From the NCBI RefSeq assembly GCF_004010195.1, contig NC_057711.1:75219730-75253312 (forward strand): a stretch of 33,583 nt of DNA, read 5' to 3'. The position numbers and the translations under genes are program-made. The notes beneath the pieces are model-generated. The model did no database searches, had not been told where the DNA came from, and saw nothing but the letters and a program-made list of their open reading frames with translations. Positions 1-11,649 of this stretch are shown here, one piece after another. The first letter of the stretch is position 1, and each line of letters opens with the position of its first letter. This DNA comes from Chiloscyllium plagiosum. Lineage: Eukaryota.

Positions 1-393
1 GGGGTCTGATTGAGACGTATAAGATTATGAATGGATTGGACACTCTGGCAGTAGGAAACATATTTCACTGATGTGTGAGTGCCGAACCAGAGGACACAGC
101 TTAAAAGTATGGGGTAGACCATTTAGGACAGAGCTCAGGAGAAATTTCTTCACCCAGAGAGTGGTGGCTGTGTGGAATGCTCTGCCCCAGAGGGCAGTGG
201 AGGCCCACTCTCTGGAATCATTTAAGAAGGAGTTGGATAGAGCTCTCAAAGATAGTGGAATCAAGGGTTATGGAGATAAGGCAGGAACAGGATACTGATT
301 AGGAATGATCAGCCATGATTATATTGAATGGCGGTGCAGGCTCGAAGGGCTGAATGGCCTACTCCTGCACCTATTGTCTATTGTCTATTGTCT
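1..393 (+). mobile_element. CR1-clade LINE 3' end (ORF2 C-terminus, 3' UTR, microsatellite tail); cut by window start
   Basis: ORF 71..298 reads TRGHSLKVWGRPFRTELRRNFFTQRVVAVWNALP..FKKELD, the typical CR1 ORF2 C-terminus. It is followed by ggctcgaagggctgaatggcctactcctg and a (tattgtc)3 tail. Confidence 0.93.
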
Positions 394-440
394 CCTTTTC
401 TTTTTTTGTGGATCCATTTCAAATTTTGTTTGATAATGCC

Positions 441-500
441 TTTATGAAGCTTCTTAGGATGATGTAACACAGTAAAGATGCCATACAAGTGCAAGTTGTT
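441..500 (+). mobile_element. Degenerate SINE 3' tail (L2-derived, DeuSINE-like)
   Basis: tgaagcttcttaggatg...aaagatgccatacaagtgcaagttgtt resembles the tail type aagcgctttgggatg...aaaggcgctatataaatgcaagt; a similar remnant lies at 30872. Confidence 0.45.
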
Positions 501-1518
501 ACTGAGATAAATACGTCAAATACTTCTCGATTTATGGACAATTTCAAGAGTTCTTTCCACACTTATGGGACGTTAAGCCCCTCCAAATAATAAACAGGTC
601 AATGATGATTCATCTGTAAATCAACCTCAGTCATATTAATTAAATACGTTTTGAGGTGTCATCTCTTACTCCCTTGACACGTGGTGAAAAAGTGAATGCA
701 AACTGAAAATCACTTCCAGGTAGCCAGGCTTCATGCCATCTTCTATTTTTGTTACTGATTTGCATCAAACAAAAGATGGGATGGCATGTTAGCATATCAA
801 CTGTCAGGCCAACTCAGAATGAAAGAGATATGGATAAACTACCTGGAACTCCAAACTATGTCTGAGTTTGTCAAACATTTATTTCCTTTTTTGTGAGTCT
901 TGCATTTACACTCTTGCAGACAATCATTTGGTGACAGACTGGCTGAATAAAAAAGGAAGCACCTGGTTTTCACATATCCATTTTAGCAGACCAAGTCCTA
1001 TTTTGGCTTCACTCCAATTAGTTTTAGCTTCGCAGCTCATATTGGGGAAAATATATTCTAACTAGTAGAAAGAATCTTTCAGAGAATATCTTTCCATGTT
1101 TTTGACGTTAAATCTTTCGTGTTTTCTAATACTACATTTTCTAGATTCCAATTCTGGTTGTTTCTTGCCAAATGATCAAAGGTAGGCTTTGCAAAGGCAT
1201 GTTTAAATAATGGCATTGCAAATACAATTCTGTTTTCAATATTTTCCCATTCTCATTGATTGGCTAACATGGGAAACAAATTCTAGGATGGTTCTCCAGA
1301 AGGTGAAGGTAATTATATTGTTTAAGTTCCTTTGGCTGATATTTGAGCAAGATTCCGAAGGTATCAAGAGTAGGCCTGAATCATTAGTTAGAAACTTCAA
1401 TGACTGATTATACCAGGAATGTCTTCCTGTTTAACTCAGATCTTGTATAATAGCACTTACTTATCTGCTTGACTTTTGAAATTTCAAAAAAGCATTCTCA
1501 GCTTTTTTTCATGTATTA

Positions 1519-2278
1519 AAGTGAAGTTTGCACCACACAATTGCCAGCTAATGACCATTTCCAACAAGAGAGAATCTAAACATCATACCTGGACATTCAG
1601 TGGTATTATCATTGTTCAATCCTCCACTACTCAACATCCTGGTACTTCCCATGAAAAAGAAACTGAACTGGACTAGTTAGATTAATACTGCAGCTACATG
1701 ACAGCTCAGGGGCTAGGGATCCTGCAGTATGTAATTCAATTTCTGACTGTCCACCATCAACAAGGCACAAGTCAAGAGTATGATGGAATATTTCCCACAT
1801 TGGCTGACTGAGTGCAGCTCCAATAACAATCGAGAAGTTTGACAGCATTCAGGACAAAGCAGCCCACTTGACTGGAACCACAAGCACAAACATGAATTCC
1901 CTCCACCAGTGACATACAGCATTGTGTATCATCTACAAGATGTGTTACAAAAATTCACCATAGCTCCTTAGACAACAACTTCCAAACCCATGACCACTAT
2001 CCTTCAGAAGGACAAGGGCAGAGATACATGGGACCATCTTCAAGTTTCCTCCAAGCTACTCACCATTCTGACTTGTATACCTCATTCCTTCAATGCTGTT
2101 GGGTCAACATACCTGGAACTCCCTCCCTAACAGCATTTTGGGCTCCACTTCAACCATACAGATGGGAATAGTTCAAGAAGGCAGTTCACCACTAGCTTCT
2201 CAAGGGAGGTTTGAAATGGCCAATAACAGCTGGCTGAGCCAGTAATGCCCACTTCCCTTGAATAGTTATAAATAAATA
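1519..2278 (+). mobile_element. 5'-truncated non-LTR retrotransposon (CR1/L2 group), RT C-terminal region and 3' end
   Basis: Broken frames read VKFAPHNCQLMTISNKRES..., LSTINKAQVKSMMEY and SAAPITIEKFDSIQDKAAHL. Homologous copies lie at 11148-11630 (-) and 31185-31750 (+). Confidence 0.85.
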
Positions 2279-2844
2279 GCATTAGATTTCAGCTTCTTCC
2301 TAATCATTAACTTAGGAGCAAGGATTTTCTGCCTTATGTTGTCACTATTTAATTGTATACTTTTATTCATCTCTTTTGTACTTAATTCCCCCTAAATGTT
2401 TTCTTACATTTGTTTAAACATTTAAGTGTCTATATCTACTCCTGGTATTTCACCCAAATATTATGCATTCCCAATTTATACTCACTCTTTACAAACAAAT
2501 TATTTCAAACATGTTTTTTCTGGTAGATTTACTACAGCATATTAAATCTCAGATTTCCACGTGAGTCATGTTTAAACCTTGCCTTCATTCTATACCTTTG
2601 TCTACTTAGTTAGTAAATTTGACCTCATGCTTCTGCAACTTTTTCCTGATTTTTGCATTATTCAGGGTTCCACAGTACCTCAGCTGTGGATTTTTGTTTT
2701 ATGTTGTGGACCCTCAAAATCCAGTCAATGTGAATACCTCCTTTTTTTTGAGCGCAAATGGCAAAGCTATCAATATTTTTGGGCCAAGCTTTATTAGACC
2801 CTCATTGGTGGCTGAGATGTCTACTAGCATACCATATGGCTATA

Positions 2845-3995
2845 TCTTCCTTGGCCGTATCAGTTTCCAGGAGGAGCAATTCCACTCCAGGACATCCCAG
2901 ATGGTTTCCTATTTCCAGAACCACAATTTCCCCTCCCACATGGTCAACAATGCCCTCCAGCACATAATCTCCATTTCCCGCACCTCCACCCTTGAACCCC
3001 ACCCCTCCAACCGCAATAAGGACAGAACTCCCCTGTCCTCACTTTCCACCCCACTAATTTCCAAATACAGTGCATTATCCTATGCCATTTCTGCCAACTA
3101 CAATCAGACCCCACCACCAGAGATATATTTCCCTCCCCACCTCTATCTATGACCTGTGGAGACCGATCCCCCCTGTGTCTCCCTCGTTAGGTCCATGCCC
3201 CCAACCAAACCACTCTTCACACACGGCACCTTCCCTTGCTGCCACAAGAGATGTAAAACCTGTGCCCACACCTACTCCCTCCCTCACCTCCATCCGAGAC
3301 CCCAAAGGATGTTTTGACATCCAGCAGAGATTTTCCTGCTCATCCACCCACCTCATCTACTGTGTCCATTGCTCTCAATGTGGTCTCCTCTACATTGGGG
3401 AGACAGAACGCCAACTTGTAGCATGTTTCAGGGTACGTTTCTGAAATGTACACACCAAACAGCCCCACTGCCCAGTGGCCAACCACTTCAACTCCCCCTC
3501 CCCATCCACCAAGGACATGCAAGTCTTGGGTCTCATCCACTGCCAAATCCAAACCACCCGACAACTGGAGGAAGAATGCCTCATCTTCCACCTTGGGATC
3601 CTCTGACCACATGGCATCAACATCACCGTCACCAGTTTCTAAATCTACCCCCACCCCACCTTATCCCAGATCCAACCCATCAACTCGGCACTGCCCTGTT
3701 GACCTGTCCCACCTGTCTATCTTCCTTCCTTCCTATCCACTCCACCCTCCCCTATTACTATTACACCCCAACTGCATCCACCAATCGCCTTCCCAGCTAC
3801 CTTCTCCCTGGCCCCACCCCTACCCTCCGATTTATCTCTCAGCCCTCTTGCCCATCCTCCGCCACATTCTTGGTAAAGGGCATATGACTGAAATGGTAAC
3901 TCTCCTGCTCCTCGGATGTCACCTGACCTGTTGTGCCTTCCCAGCACCTCACTTTTCGACTCTGATCTCCAGCATCTGCAGTACTCACTTTCTCT
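2845..3995 (+). mobile_element. 5'-truncated Penelope-like element (RT thumb/linker, GIY-YIG endonuclease, terminal repeat family A)
   Basis: FSCSSTHLIYCVHCSQCGLLYIGETERQL is a PLE GIY-YIG motif with CxxC. A pyrimidine-rich tract and a terminal repeat shared with 12176-12345 follow. Flanked by TSD catatggctata (2833-2844) / catatggccata (3996-4007). Confidence 0.9.
3866..3902 (+). ncRNA. Decayed hammerhead ribozyme motif, PLE family A
   Basis: attc-ttggtaa-agggc-atat-gact-gaaa-tggt aligns with gaaga-agggc-ttat-gccc-gaaa-cgtt of the sister copy at 12235-12260 (-). The core is heavily mutated. Confidence 0.45.
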
Positions 3996-4708
3996 CATAT
4001 GGCCATAGTACTAGCCCCATTATCTCATATCTTTGCTAAGTTCAAGGAAAGGCCTTCAATGTTTCAATTACTAGACACTGTTAGCTTCATGTAAGTTGAT
4101 GACACCTTATCCCAAAATTTCAAAACTGAAAAAGTACTGCTCAGTTGAAATATCAGTTACTATGAGTTGAGTGACTGGGACACACAGTTTTCTATTAGTC
4201 ACAATAACAAATTACATCCCATTCCTGCCTCATATGGCTGAAAACAACAGCTTTCACTTCTCACCAGAATGTCATACTTCTGAGAAGTAGGTGAGTGTTG
4301 TATGCCAGGAAAAGTTCCCAAAGCTCTTTTCATAAGAAAATGTATGTCTGCAAGTCCCACGTTGTATGTCATGGACTATGTCTATACTGTCCAAACATTG
4401 TCATACCTAAAGTCCAGCTGTAGCTCACTTCAGACACTGCAAGGTGGGAACAACCCATCACTTTTTGATATTCAACCATTACCACGGAGGATATGATTGA
4501 TGGGAATGGCAGATTTGCTTCCTGCCTTTCAGAAACAGACCTGGTGATGCTTTTGTATGAAATGATAACCATTTTTATTCCTATGGACCACTACAGGAGG
4601 CAACACCCCTGACCAAAACAGCCAGTGCTCACTCAGTCTAAGCAAAAAGAGCACCCAGCATTGCAAATAAAAAGGCAGTGATTTCTTGTACTCCACGAGA
4701 ATAAGTGA

Positions 4709-4881
4709 AGGCAGTGGCATAATAGTCACTGGACTGGTTATTCAGAGACCAAGGCTAATGTTCTGGGACATGGGCTTAAATTCCACCAGGGCAAAATCTG
4801 GAATTATAAAAGAAGCTAGTCTTATGACAATCATGTAACCATTTTTGATTGTTGTAAAAACCATCAGGTTCACTTATGTCC
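4709..4881 (+). mobile_element. 5' part of a degenerate tRNA-derived SINE
   Basis: ggcagtggcataatag (A-box-like) ... gggcttaaattcc (B-box-like), followed by a body I recall as a common shark repeat (not verified). Confidence 0.55.
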
Positions 4882-7423
4882 AATTCTGAAGAAGAGTTCT
4901 GGTCTGGAATTGAATGAGCTTCTTGACTGATAGTGGTGGTACCCCTGCCTCAGCACAGTTGACTTTCATCTCACTGAACAATGCTCCCGTTTGACATTCA
5001 CATACAGTGTATACACTGCTTGTGCTTAATTCAGGTGTGATAATGGCACCATACAATGCTGTACATCCCTATAATCACAAGCTGCCCACCTCACCTATTG
5101 AGCTAAAAAGCAATTCTAATCACAGAGGCTACTGGCTTAAAACTGAACACTAAGAAAGCATGTTGACCCACACAGAGGCTGGTAGTCTGTAAGTTATGTT
5201 GAAGTCAGTAATTGAGTGCTAAGAAAGCAAACTAAGAGTCATAAGATACATTCTGTACATGTATATGAATTGCCTAGTGTTTGTCTGCCCTAAAGGTGAC
5301 CAATAGAACCATGCAAGATGTAGGCATCTCTGAACTCCAAAGTAAAGAATTGAAGAACTGTAGAGGTATGTGCGGTTGTCCTGGAGCAGACAATGATAAC
5401 ATGGTGAGGCTAATGGTTTTCTGATATCAACTTACTTGGACAAGTTGTCAAAGAGGAAGGTGACCATTGAGTATGCAGGAATGTTGCTGTGAAGAAGGTG
5501 TTGGATGATGGCTGGTACAAGCATTCAGTGAGCTGCAGGCACCAGGTACCCACTCTGATCTACCTGTAGAGAAATGGTGAACAAATAAAGCCATTTAGAA
5601 CTTAAAGTAATCACTGCTCAATATGAGATTTTCAAGTTGCCATTTAAGGTTTGAGAAGAAAGTCCAGCATTTTATTTTAATATCAAGAGTCTGCTTTTTT
5701 TCACTTGTTGTTTTCCCCAATTGTTTTGTCAATGCTCACATCACACCAGGGAAAAGTTCCAACTTTAGTCTCCATTTATGTTATTTATTTCTTTGATAAA
5801 CTTTCCACACTTTTTCACCAATCTGATGATCCCAACATGTCTTCACAGGTACAGGATATTAACTTTAGGAGTGTTTTAGCATTGTGATTTGTCATTAACT
5901 TCAAACTGAACAGTCAACAAACCATGGACTTTCTACTTGTGCTTTGACTGACTTACAAACCACATTCAATAACTTACCATTTAAATTAAGGTTTCCATAA
6001 AGCCTTCAGCTGCTGAATTTCCTGATTGTTCATTTAAATTTGGATGAAAGATGATGCACTGTGACCTAATCAGTGAGGTGTTCATGGTTGCTAAGTAAGA
6101 TGATATCACAACAGTTAATTGTCTGCTTAGGTGATGCAGTGTGATAATTGCAACTAAAAAAAGCAGATAGAAACGTATAAGAAATAAAAATAAATATTTT
6201 GGATTAAACCTGGATATTTTATATCTAACAGCTGCATATATGACTGCACTCTTTCTGTAACTGTGTGCAGAGGAGCCAGATTAGTTCTTGTTTCTGGGAT
6301 AAGGTAAATATATCAGCAGCCTGCAAGCTTCAATATTATGATTTTTTTTCTAATGGGCAAAACAGATTGAATCAGCCTTCAGATGGAAATACAGTAAAGA
6401 AAATATGGAGGAGAAATTGGATCCATTGTGTCCTGAAATTACATCATAGAATACTAACCAAGGAGTGTTTAATATGATCTCTTGAATCCCTCACTTTTTT
6501 TTTTAAGAGGCTTTAATCCAGTTCTGGCCATCTAAACTTCTACAATATTACGAAGAACAGTGATTTTCAATTGATTGCTACCCATTTCTTATGCGGAAAA
6601 TAGGCAGTTAATCGTTGGAATTTGAAGAGCTCCTCAACCATTTTGTGGAAGCTCAATGCAATTTGTATTTAGCTGCAACGTGATGAGAAAGGATGAACTG
6701 GCTGTGAACCACTCAGTCTCCTCAGTTTGTCGTAACAAAAATATGTGTTCTTTTTGCATGAGTCTATACCTCTCTCCAATAAAATATAGTTAACTATTTT
6801 TGCTGTAAGCAATAAGGAGCCAATCAACAACGGTTTCTTAAGTCATAGAACAAATATATTGACTGTCAAACCCAAGGAAGATAATATTAATAAAGCATAC
6901 AGCAACAATCCGGTCAAAATGGCCTACAAGGTTAACAAGAGGCTAATGATCCGCCTGCTCAACAACTAGCAAAACTCTGTGGATTATGTCCCAAACTGCA
7001 GATACAATTGCACTTTTCCATTGAAGAAAACATGAAGACAGGAATTAAAAAGCTTGTTTCAGTGCTACAGGAACAAACTGGAGGGATTGACTGCTCTCAT
7101 GTGTGCCAGCCTGCACTTGAGTGTGAGTATGTTGTGAAGGCCACATTGAAGGACTAGACAAAAAAAGGGAGACCTTGTCTCACTCCAAGTGCTGAAAGCC
7201 AGTTAAAAAATCAGAAATCAGGACACAAGAATGTCAAAAAGACTCAAAAACCTCAATGATACTGCTAACTTGCACTTTAATGGCCACAGCAGTCAACTAT
7301 CTGTGCTTCATGTACAATTCAGAGGCTGGTTCCTATGATGATTTTTCCTTCTTTCATCTTTTTGAACTCACCTTTTATTTTTAATCTGTGTGTATTCATC
7401 AGCGTTTCTTCCTGTGTGTAACA

Positions 7424-7597
7424 TTAAAAATCACACAACATCAGGTTATAGTAGAACAGGTTTATTTGGAAGTACAAGCTTTCAGAACACTACTCCTTCA
7501 TCAGGTAGCTGTGGAGCAGGATCATAAGACACAGAATTTATAGCAAAAGACCACACTGTCACACAACTGAAACAACATATTGAACAAACAATCTAGG
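7424..7597 (-). mobile_element. Penelope-like terminal repeat fragment, family B
   Basis: ttaaaaatcacacaacatcaggttatagt...ctccttcatcaggt is homologous to the arms at 16020-16189 and 19262-19489. Confidence 0.85.
7473..7507 (-). ncRNA. Minimal type I hammerhead ribozyme motif (core intact, stem II G-U rich)
   Basis: Minus strand reads UAC-CUGAUGA-A-GGAGU-AGU-GUUCU-GAAA-G-CUU-GUA. Stem I is UAC/GUA, helix III carries the palindrome AAGCUU, and the NUH triplet is CUU. Confidence 0.75.
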
Positions 7598-8080
7598 TCT
7601 TTTACAGTTGTGGGGGTATCCCATCTGGAACTGTAATTAATCGTGGAATCTCACTTGAGCTCTGGTTATAACATGTGACAATGTGAACAGCACAAAAAAA
7701 TTACTTAAAGTAGCACACCAGCTACTTAAATCAGATTTCCATGGCAGTATCCCATCTCCACATTTACTCACATCATACACATTCCATCCATTTGTGCCAG
7801 GCAGAAGAAGCATAATCGGTTTGAAACGAAATCATTAATGCCAGCTCCACTAAACTGCTAAGTGGAGGAGAATCTAAACCCAGGACTTTGTTGTTTCTTG
7901 TTTCCTGCAAAAATAGAAATCATTACCCTCTGTTGATACTGCTTATTGTAATGGAAGTTCGCCAACACTGGATTAACTGTGCTCTCATTGCCTGCAAGGT
8001 AGACTAGCCTTCACATGCTCAATGCACACAAAATACATCAGAAGCTGATTTGTGCCAATGGAACTGTGCCCTATTGGATC

Positions 8081-8220
8081 GAACATAGAACATAGAACAA
8101 TACAGCGCAGAACAGGCCCTTCAGCCCTCTATGTTGCACTGACCTGTGAACTATTCTCAGCTCGTCCCCTACACTATCCCATCATCATCCATGTGCTTAT
8201 CCAAAATAGTTTTAAATTTT
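8081..8220 (-). mobile_element. Short CR1 LINE 3' end
   Basis: gaacatagaacatagaaca tail plus aacaggcccttcagccc, the reverse complement of the CR1 3' UTR motif gggctgaagggcctgtt. Confidence 0.85.
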
Positions 8221-8564
8221 CTTGAGTATCACTAGACACAGCCAATGACAGCAGAGGCTACCTGACATAATCCAGCAAAAATAATTGTCACAGGTATTAA
8301 AAAAATCAGCAATAGAAAAATCTAGCTGAAATTACAAAATGGAGTCACAATGGAAGAGAACCCAGCAAGAGACATAAAGGCGGGATTTTCCTGTGGGCTT
8401 CTATACTTCACTGTTAGGTTCAAAGCTGCTTCAAAAGTGGCACTGCTCAGGAAGGTCACTCAATGTGAGTTTTCCCAAGTTGGCCAATTCATGGTCAGTG
8501 GGCATGCTTTCCATCCAATTGTATGAGCAAGCTCTCAAAGCTGGAGAACTAAAACAAGGCCTTC

Positions 8565-10548
8565 CTTATTGAAAAAAAGTTGAGGTATCATAATGTCAGC
8601 AATCCAGTTACCCTGCAGTGTGATGCCAAAGAAACAGATCTTAAAGCAATCCTCATACAGCCATAAATACTTTTGTACTCGGATATTAATACAAACTGAA
8701 TTAATACTACTACTTACAGATTGAAAAAGAGTACCTGGCTATTGTCTTTGCATGTGAGCAGTTACGAAGAACCTATTATTGAACAGAAAGTGATGACAAA
8801 ATCTGACTGTAAGCCGCTTAAAAGCATCTTTCTCAAACCACTTCAATCTGCTTCCAAGTGTTTGCAAAGGATGCTACTTTGTTTCCAGAGATGTTGCTTA
8901 TAACTGAAGCCTGAGCAAAAGAGCAGGTGTGCACTGCCACAATGCTGTTCAGAACTGTAGTCTCTTTAAAGGAAGCTGATGAAGTTAATAAAGAGAGGGA
9001 ATTCTTTAAGATCCAACAGGAAACAATAGCACAACATATTCTGGAAGCTATCAATCTGCAGCGACATTGCCATCTGACAAACAAACAAGCATCTTGCTCA
9101 GATCAAAAGACAGTCCGAAATCATCATGGGCACATCTTTTGCTGTAAAGGAGTATTGGACATGTAGAGATGGTGACCAAACAAGATATCACTTTGTACAA
9201 AGGGATTAGGTTCTTTATCTAAAAGAGATAAAGAAGCACATTCGGACAAGCCAGCAAGTAATCAAATCTAGCCTAAGGAAGGCAGGAGAAATGTTATACT
9301 GGTCAAATATGAGCAATGAGCTTAAGGATGTCATCAGCCCTTAATGCTTGCAATAAACATCAATCCAAGCAAGCTAAAGAGCTATCATGACTCATGGTAT
9401 GTAAGAGTGATCATGGATAAAGCTCCCATGGATAAAATAGACACTTCACTCTCATAGGAACTGATCATCTTGTCACAATGTTGACTACTATTCAGACGAC
9501 TGAGTGTTAGACCAGCTAACAGGTCAACAACTATCAATTAGATTGTAGCATTCCTGCATGTACATTCATTATGGCTTCCTGACATTGTGATGACCAACAA
9601 TGGCCCTCAGTTATTGAGTGAAGAATTCAGACCCTTCTTGAATGATTGGGAACTTCAGCACTACATTTCATTTTCCACACTACTTCTAGCCAAATGGAAA
9701 GGCTGAGACAGCAATGCAAATTTTCAAAGGGTACAGCATTAAGTTAACCAGATGCAGCACAGATAGATAGTAGGCACTCTGAGAATACAGAAACGGACAT
9801 GCTGAAAACATGGACAGTAGTCCAGTATAGAAAGTGACCGGTGGCATGGTGGCTCAATGGTTAGCACTGCTGCCTCAGCACCGGAGACTCCAGTTGAATT
9901 CCAGCCTTGGGTGATTGACAGCATGAAGTTTGTATGTTCTCGCTATGTCTGCATGGGTTTTCACTGGGTGCTCCAGTTTCCTCCCACAATCCAAATATGT
10001 GCAGGTTAGGTGGATTAACCATGCTAAAATTGTCCATAGTGTTCAGAGATGTGAAGACTGGGGTAAACATGGGGTTACAGGAATATGGTAGGGGGCTGAG
10101 TCTGGGTGGGATGCTCTTTGGAGAATCAGTATGAACTCAAAGGTCTGAATGGCTTCCTCCTGCATTGTAGGAGTTCTATGATATAAGTGAAGTGACAGAA
10201 AGTCAGCCAAATCATTGTCAGAGCTAATAGTATGAGACCAGCAGATACCAGATGAAAAACTAAAAATAACACAAAATAACATTCATAAAAAGACCCAAAA
10301 ACCTTAAGGATTATGCGTAGGAGGAGCAGAGGAAATTGGAATAGACAAGAAAGAACAAAGAGCTCTATGTTCATGCATGATCATTTTGTTGTGGACTAGG
10401 GATAAGGAGTAACTTGTAAACAATAGTGTGTTCATATCATTATGGAAAGAAAATTATTTTGATAAATAAATTTGTACATGTCTTACTCATGTGATGGCAT
10501 CATATGTAAATAAAGGCTTTTGGCATTGGTCATTACTGCACATTACAT
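8565..10548 (+). mobile_element. Decayed Ty3/Gypsy pol (RNase H and integrase) with probable 3' LTR remnant; interrupted by a SINE
   Basis: Broken frames read LRYHNVSNPVTLQCDA, QIEKEYLAIVFACEQ, SDCKPLKSIFLKPLQSASKCLQRMLL (RNase H), then VDYYSD, PDIVMTNNGPQ..SEEFRPFLNDW, ANGKAETA (integrase core) and terminal RPKNLKDYA* near 10290-10320. AATAAA and ...ttaca mark the likely end. Confidence 0.85.
9840..10182 (+). mobile_element. HE1-like tRNA-derived SINE nested in Gypsy integrase
   Basis: A box tggctcaatgg, degenerate B box agttgaattcc, core gggtgctccagtttcctcccacaatccaaa, and CR1-like tail ggtctgaatggcttcctcctgcattgtaggagttctatgat. Confidence 0.9.
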
Positions 10549-11147
10549 GGAAAATGGATCCAGTTTCTGGGAGTCCACCTTCATGCAGCTAAACTGTCCC
10601 TTGTGCACTCAAGGACGTGGAGTCAACAGGAAAGTCCCAAATGGAATCTGCTAAAGCCTTAATAAAACATCAAGTAGTTCAAGACTTTCCTCCATTCTAA
10701 CTTCAAGAAAATGGCCCAAAATCAGGCTAGAGATAGAGAATGAGCTTGTGACACAGTGTTCAATGTAAATCGACCCAGCTCCAATCAAAAGCCAAAGGTC
10801 ATACCCAAGATCCATGTACGTAAACAGGAAATGACACAGACAATAACAGAAGAATAAATCAGCCCATTGTTCAACTGATACTTAATGAAAGAGCGTTATT
10901 TAGTGGAATTTCCCAGCCACTTCCCCAAACAATTTTAATCTTTTTCAACTATTTATTCAGGTTTTAACTTGTTTATTACGGATTTTCTTTCCAATGTAAT
11001 CAGTTGTCTATTTGAGATAACGCTGCATAAAATAAGAGGTAGTACTCTATTAGCAATGAGGATTCTGAAGGCAGATCTGAAAGTGTACAGAACTTCTGCT
11101 TGCTTGAGGCAAGGTTGGCCAAACAAGATCATGCAATGGCCAGCCAG

Positions 11148-11630
11148 TTTGTTTTACTCATTCAGGGATGTGGCTAGATCAGCATTTATTTCCCATCACT
11201 AATTGCCTTTGAGAAGTTGGTGGTAAGTAGACTTCCCAAAAAGCTGCAGTCCATTTGGCTGTGTAGGAAGAAGTTCAGGATTTTTGTAAGTTCCTGAAAG
11301 AATGGCGATATATATCCAAGTCTGTATGGTGACTAACATGGAAACAAACTTGCAGGAGGTGGTGTACCAGCTACCATTGTCCTTCCAGATGGAAGTGGTA
11401 TTTGTGTTTGGAAGGTGATATCGGAGCAGCCTTGGTAGATGTCTGCGGTACATCGAGCAGATGGTACACACTATTGCTGCTGAACATCAGTGCTGGAGGG
11501 AGGGAATGTTCAACAATATGATGCCAATCAAGTGTGCTGTTTTGTCCTGGATGGTGTTAAGCTTCCTGAGTGTTGTTGAAGCTACACTCATCCAGACAAG
11601 AGGGCAGTATTCCATTTCTCCACTGATCCT
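11148..11630 (-). mobile_element. LINE 3' fragment, same family as 1519-2278
   Basis: The reverse complement matches 1780-2270, for example ccatccaggacaaaacagcacacttgattggc versus gcattcaggacaaagcagcccacttgactgg. Confidence 0.85.
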
Positions 11631-11649
11631 GATGGAGGGATGGACAGGA

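Larger units (their letters stand above)
6728..7673. mobile_element. Possible solo LTR interrupted by a PLE fragment
   Basis: Begins tgtcgtaac and ends gttataaca (TG...CA, imperfect 9-bp inverted termini). No TSD match, so support is weak. Confidence 0.3.

Noticed and set aside
2619..3152. 177-aa ORF, one of the two longest on the + strand
   Set aside because: It is a chimera of flanking DNA read into the decayed PLE frame, not a host gene. The overlapping Pro/Ser-rich ORFs at 3369-4039 are off-frame readings of the same element.
4882..4915. ttctgaagaagag... resembling a PLE hammerhead start
   Set aside because: The downstream GAAA/NUH and the rest of the terminal repeat are not recognisable.
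5436..5563. Minus-strand segment with good acceptor (tttctctacag) and donor (gtaagt)
   Set aside because: All three frames contain stops and nothing else supports an exon.
9840..9910. tRNA-like A/B boxes (also in the SINEs at 16688 and 22964)
   Set aside because: These are SINE heads with no complete cloverleaf, not tRNA genes.
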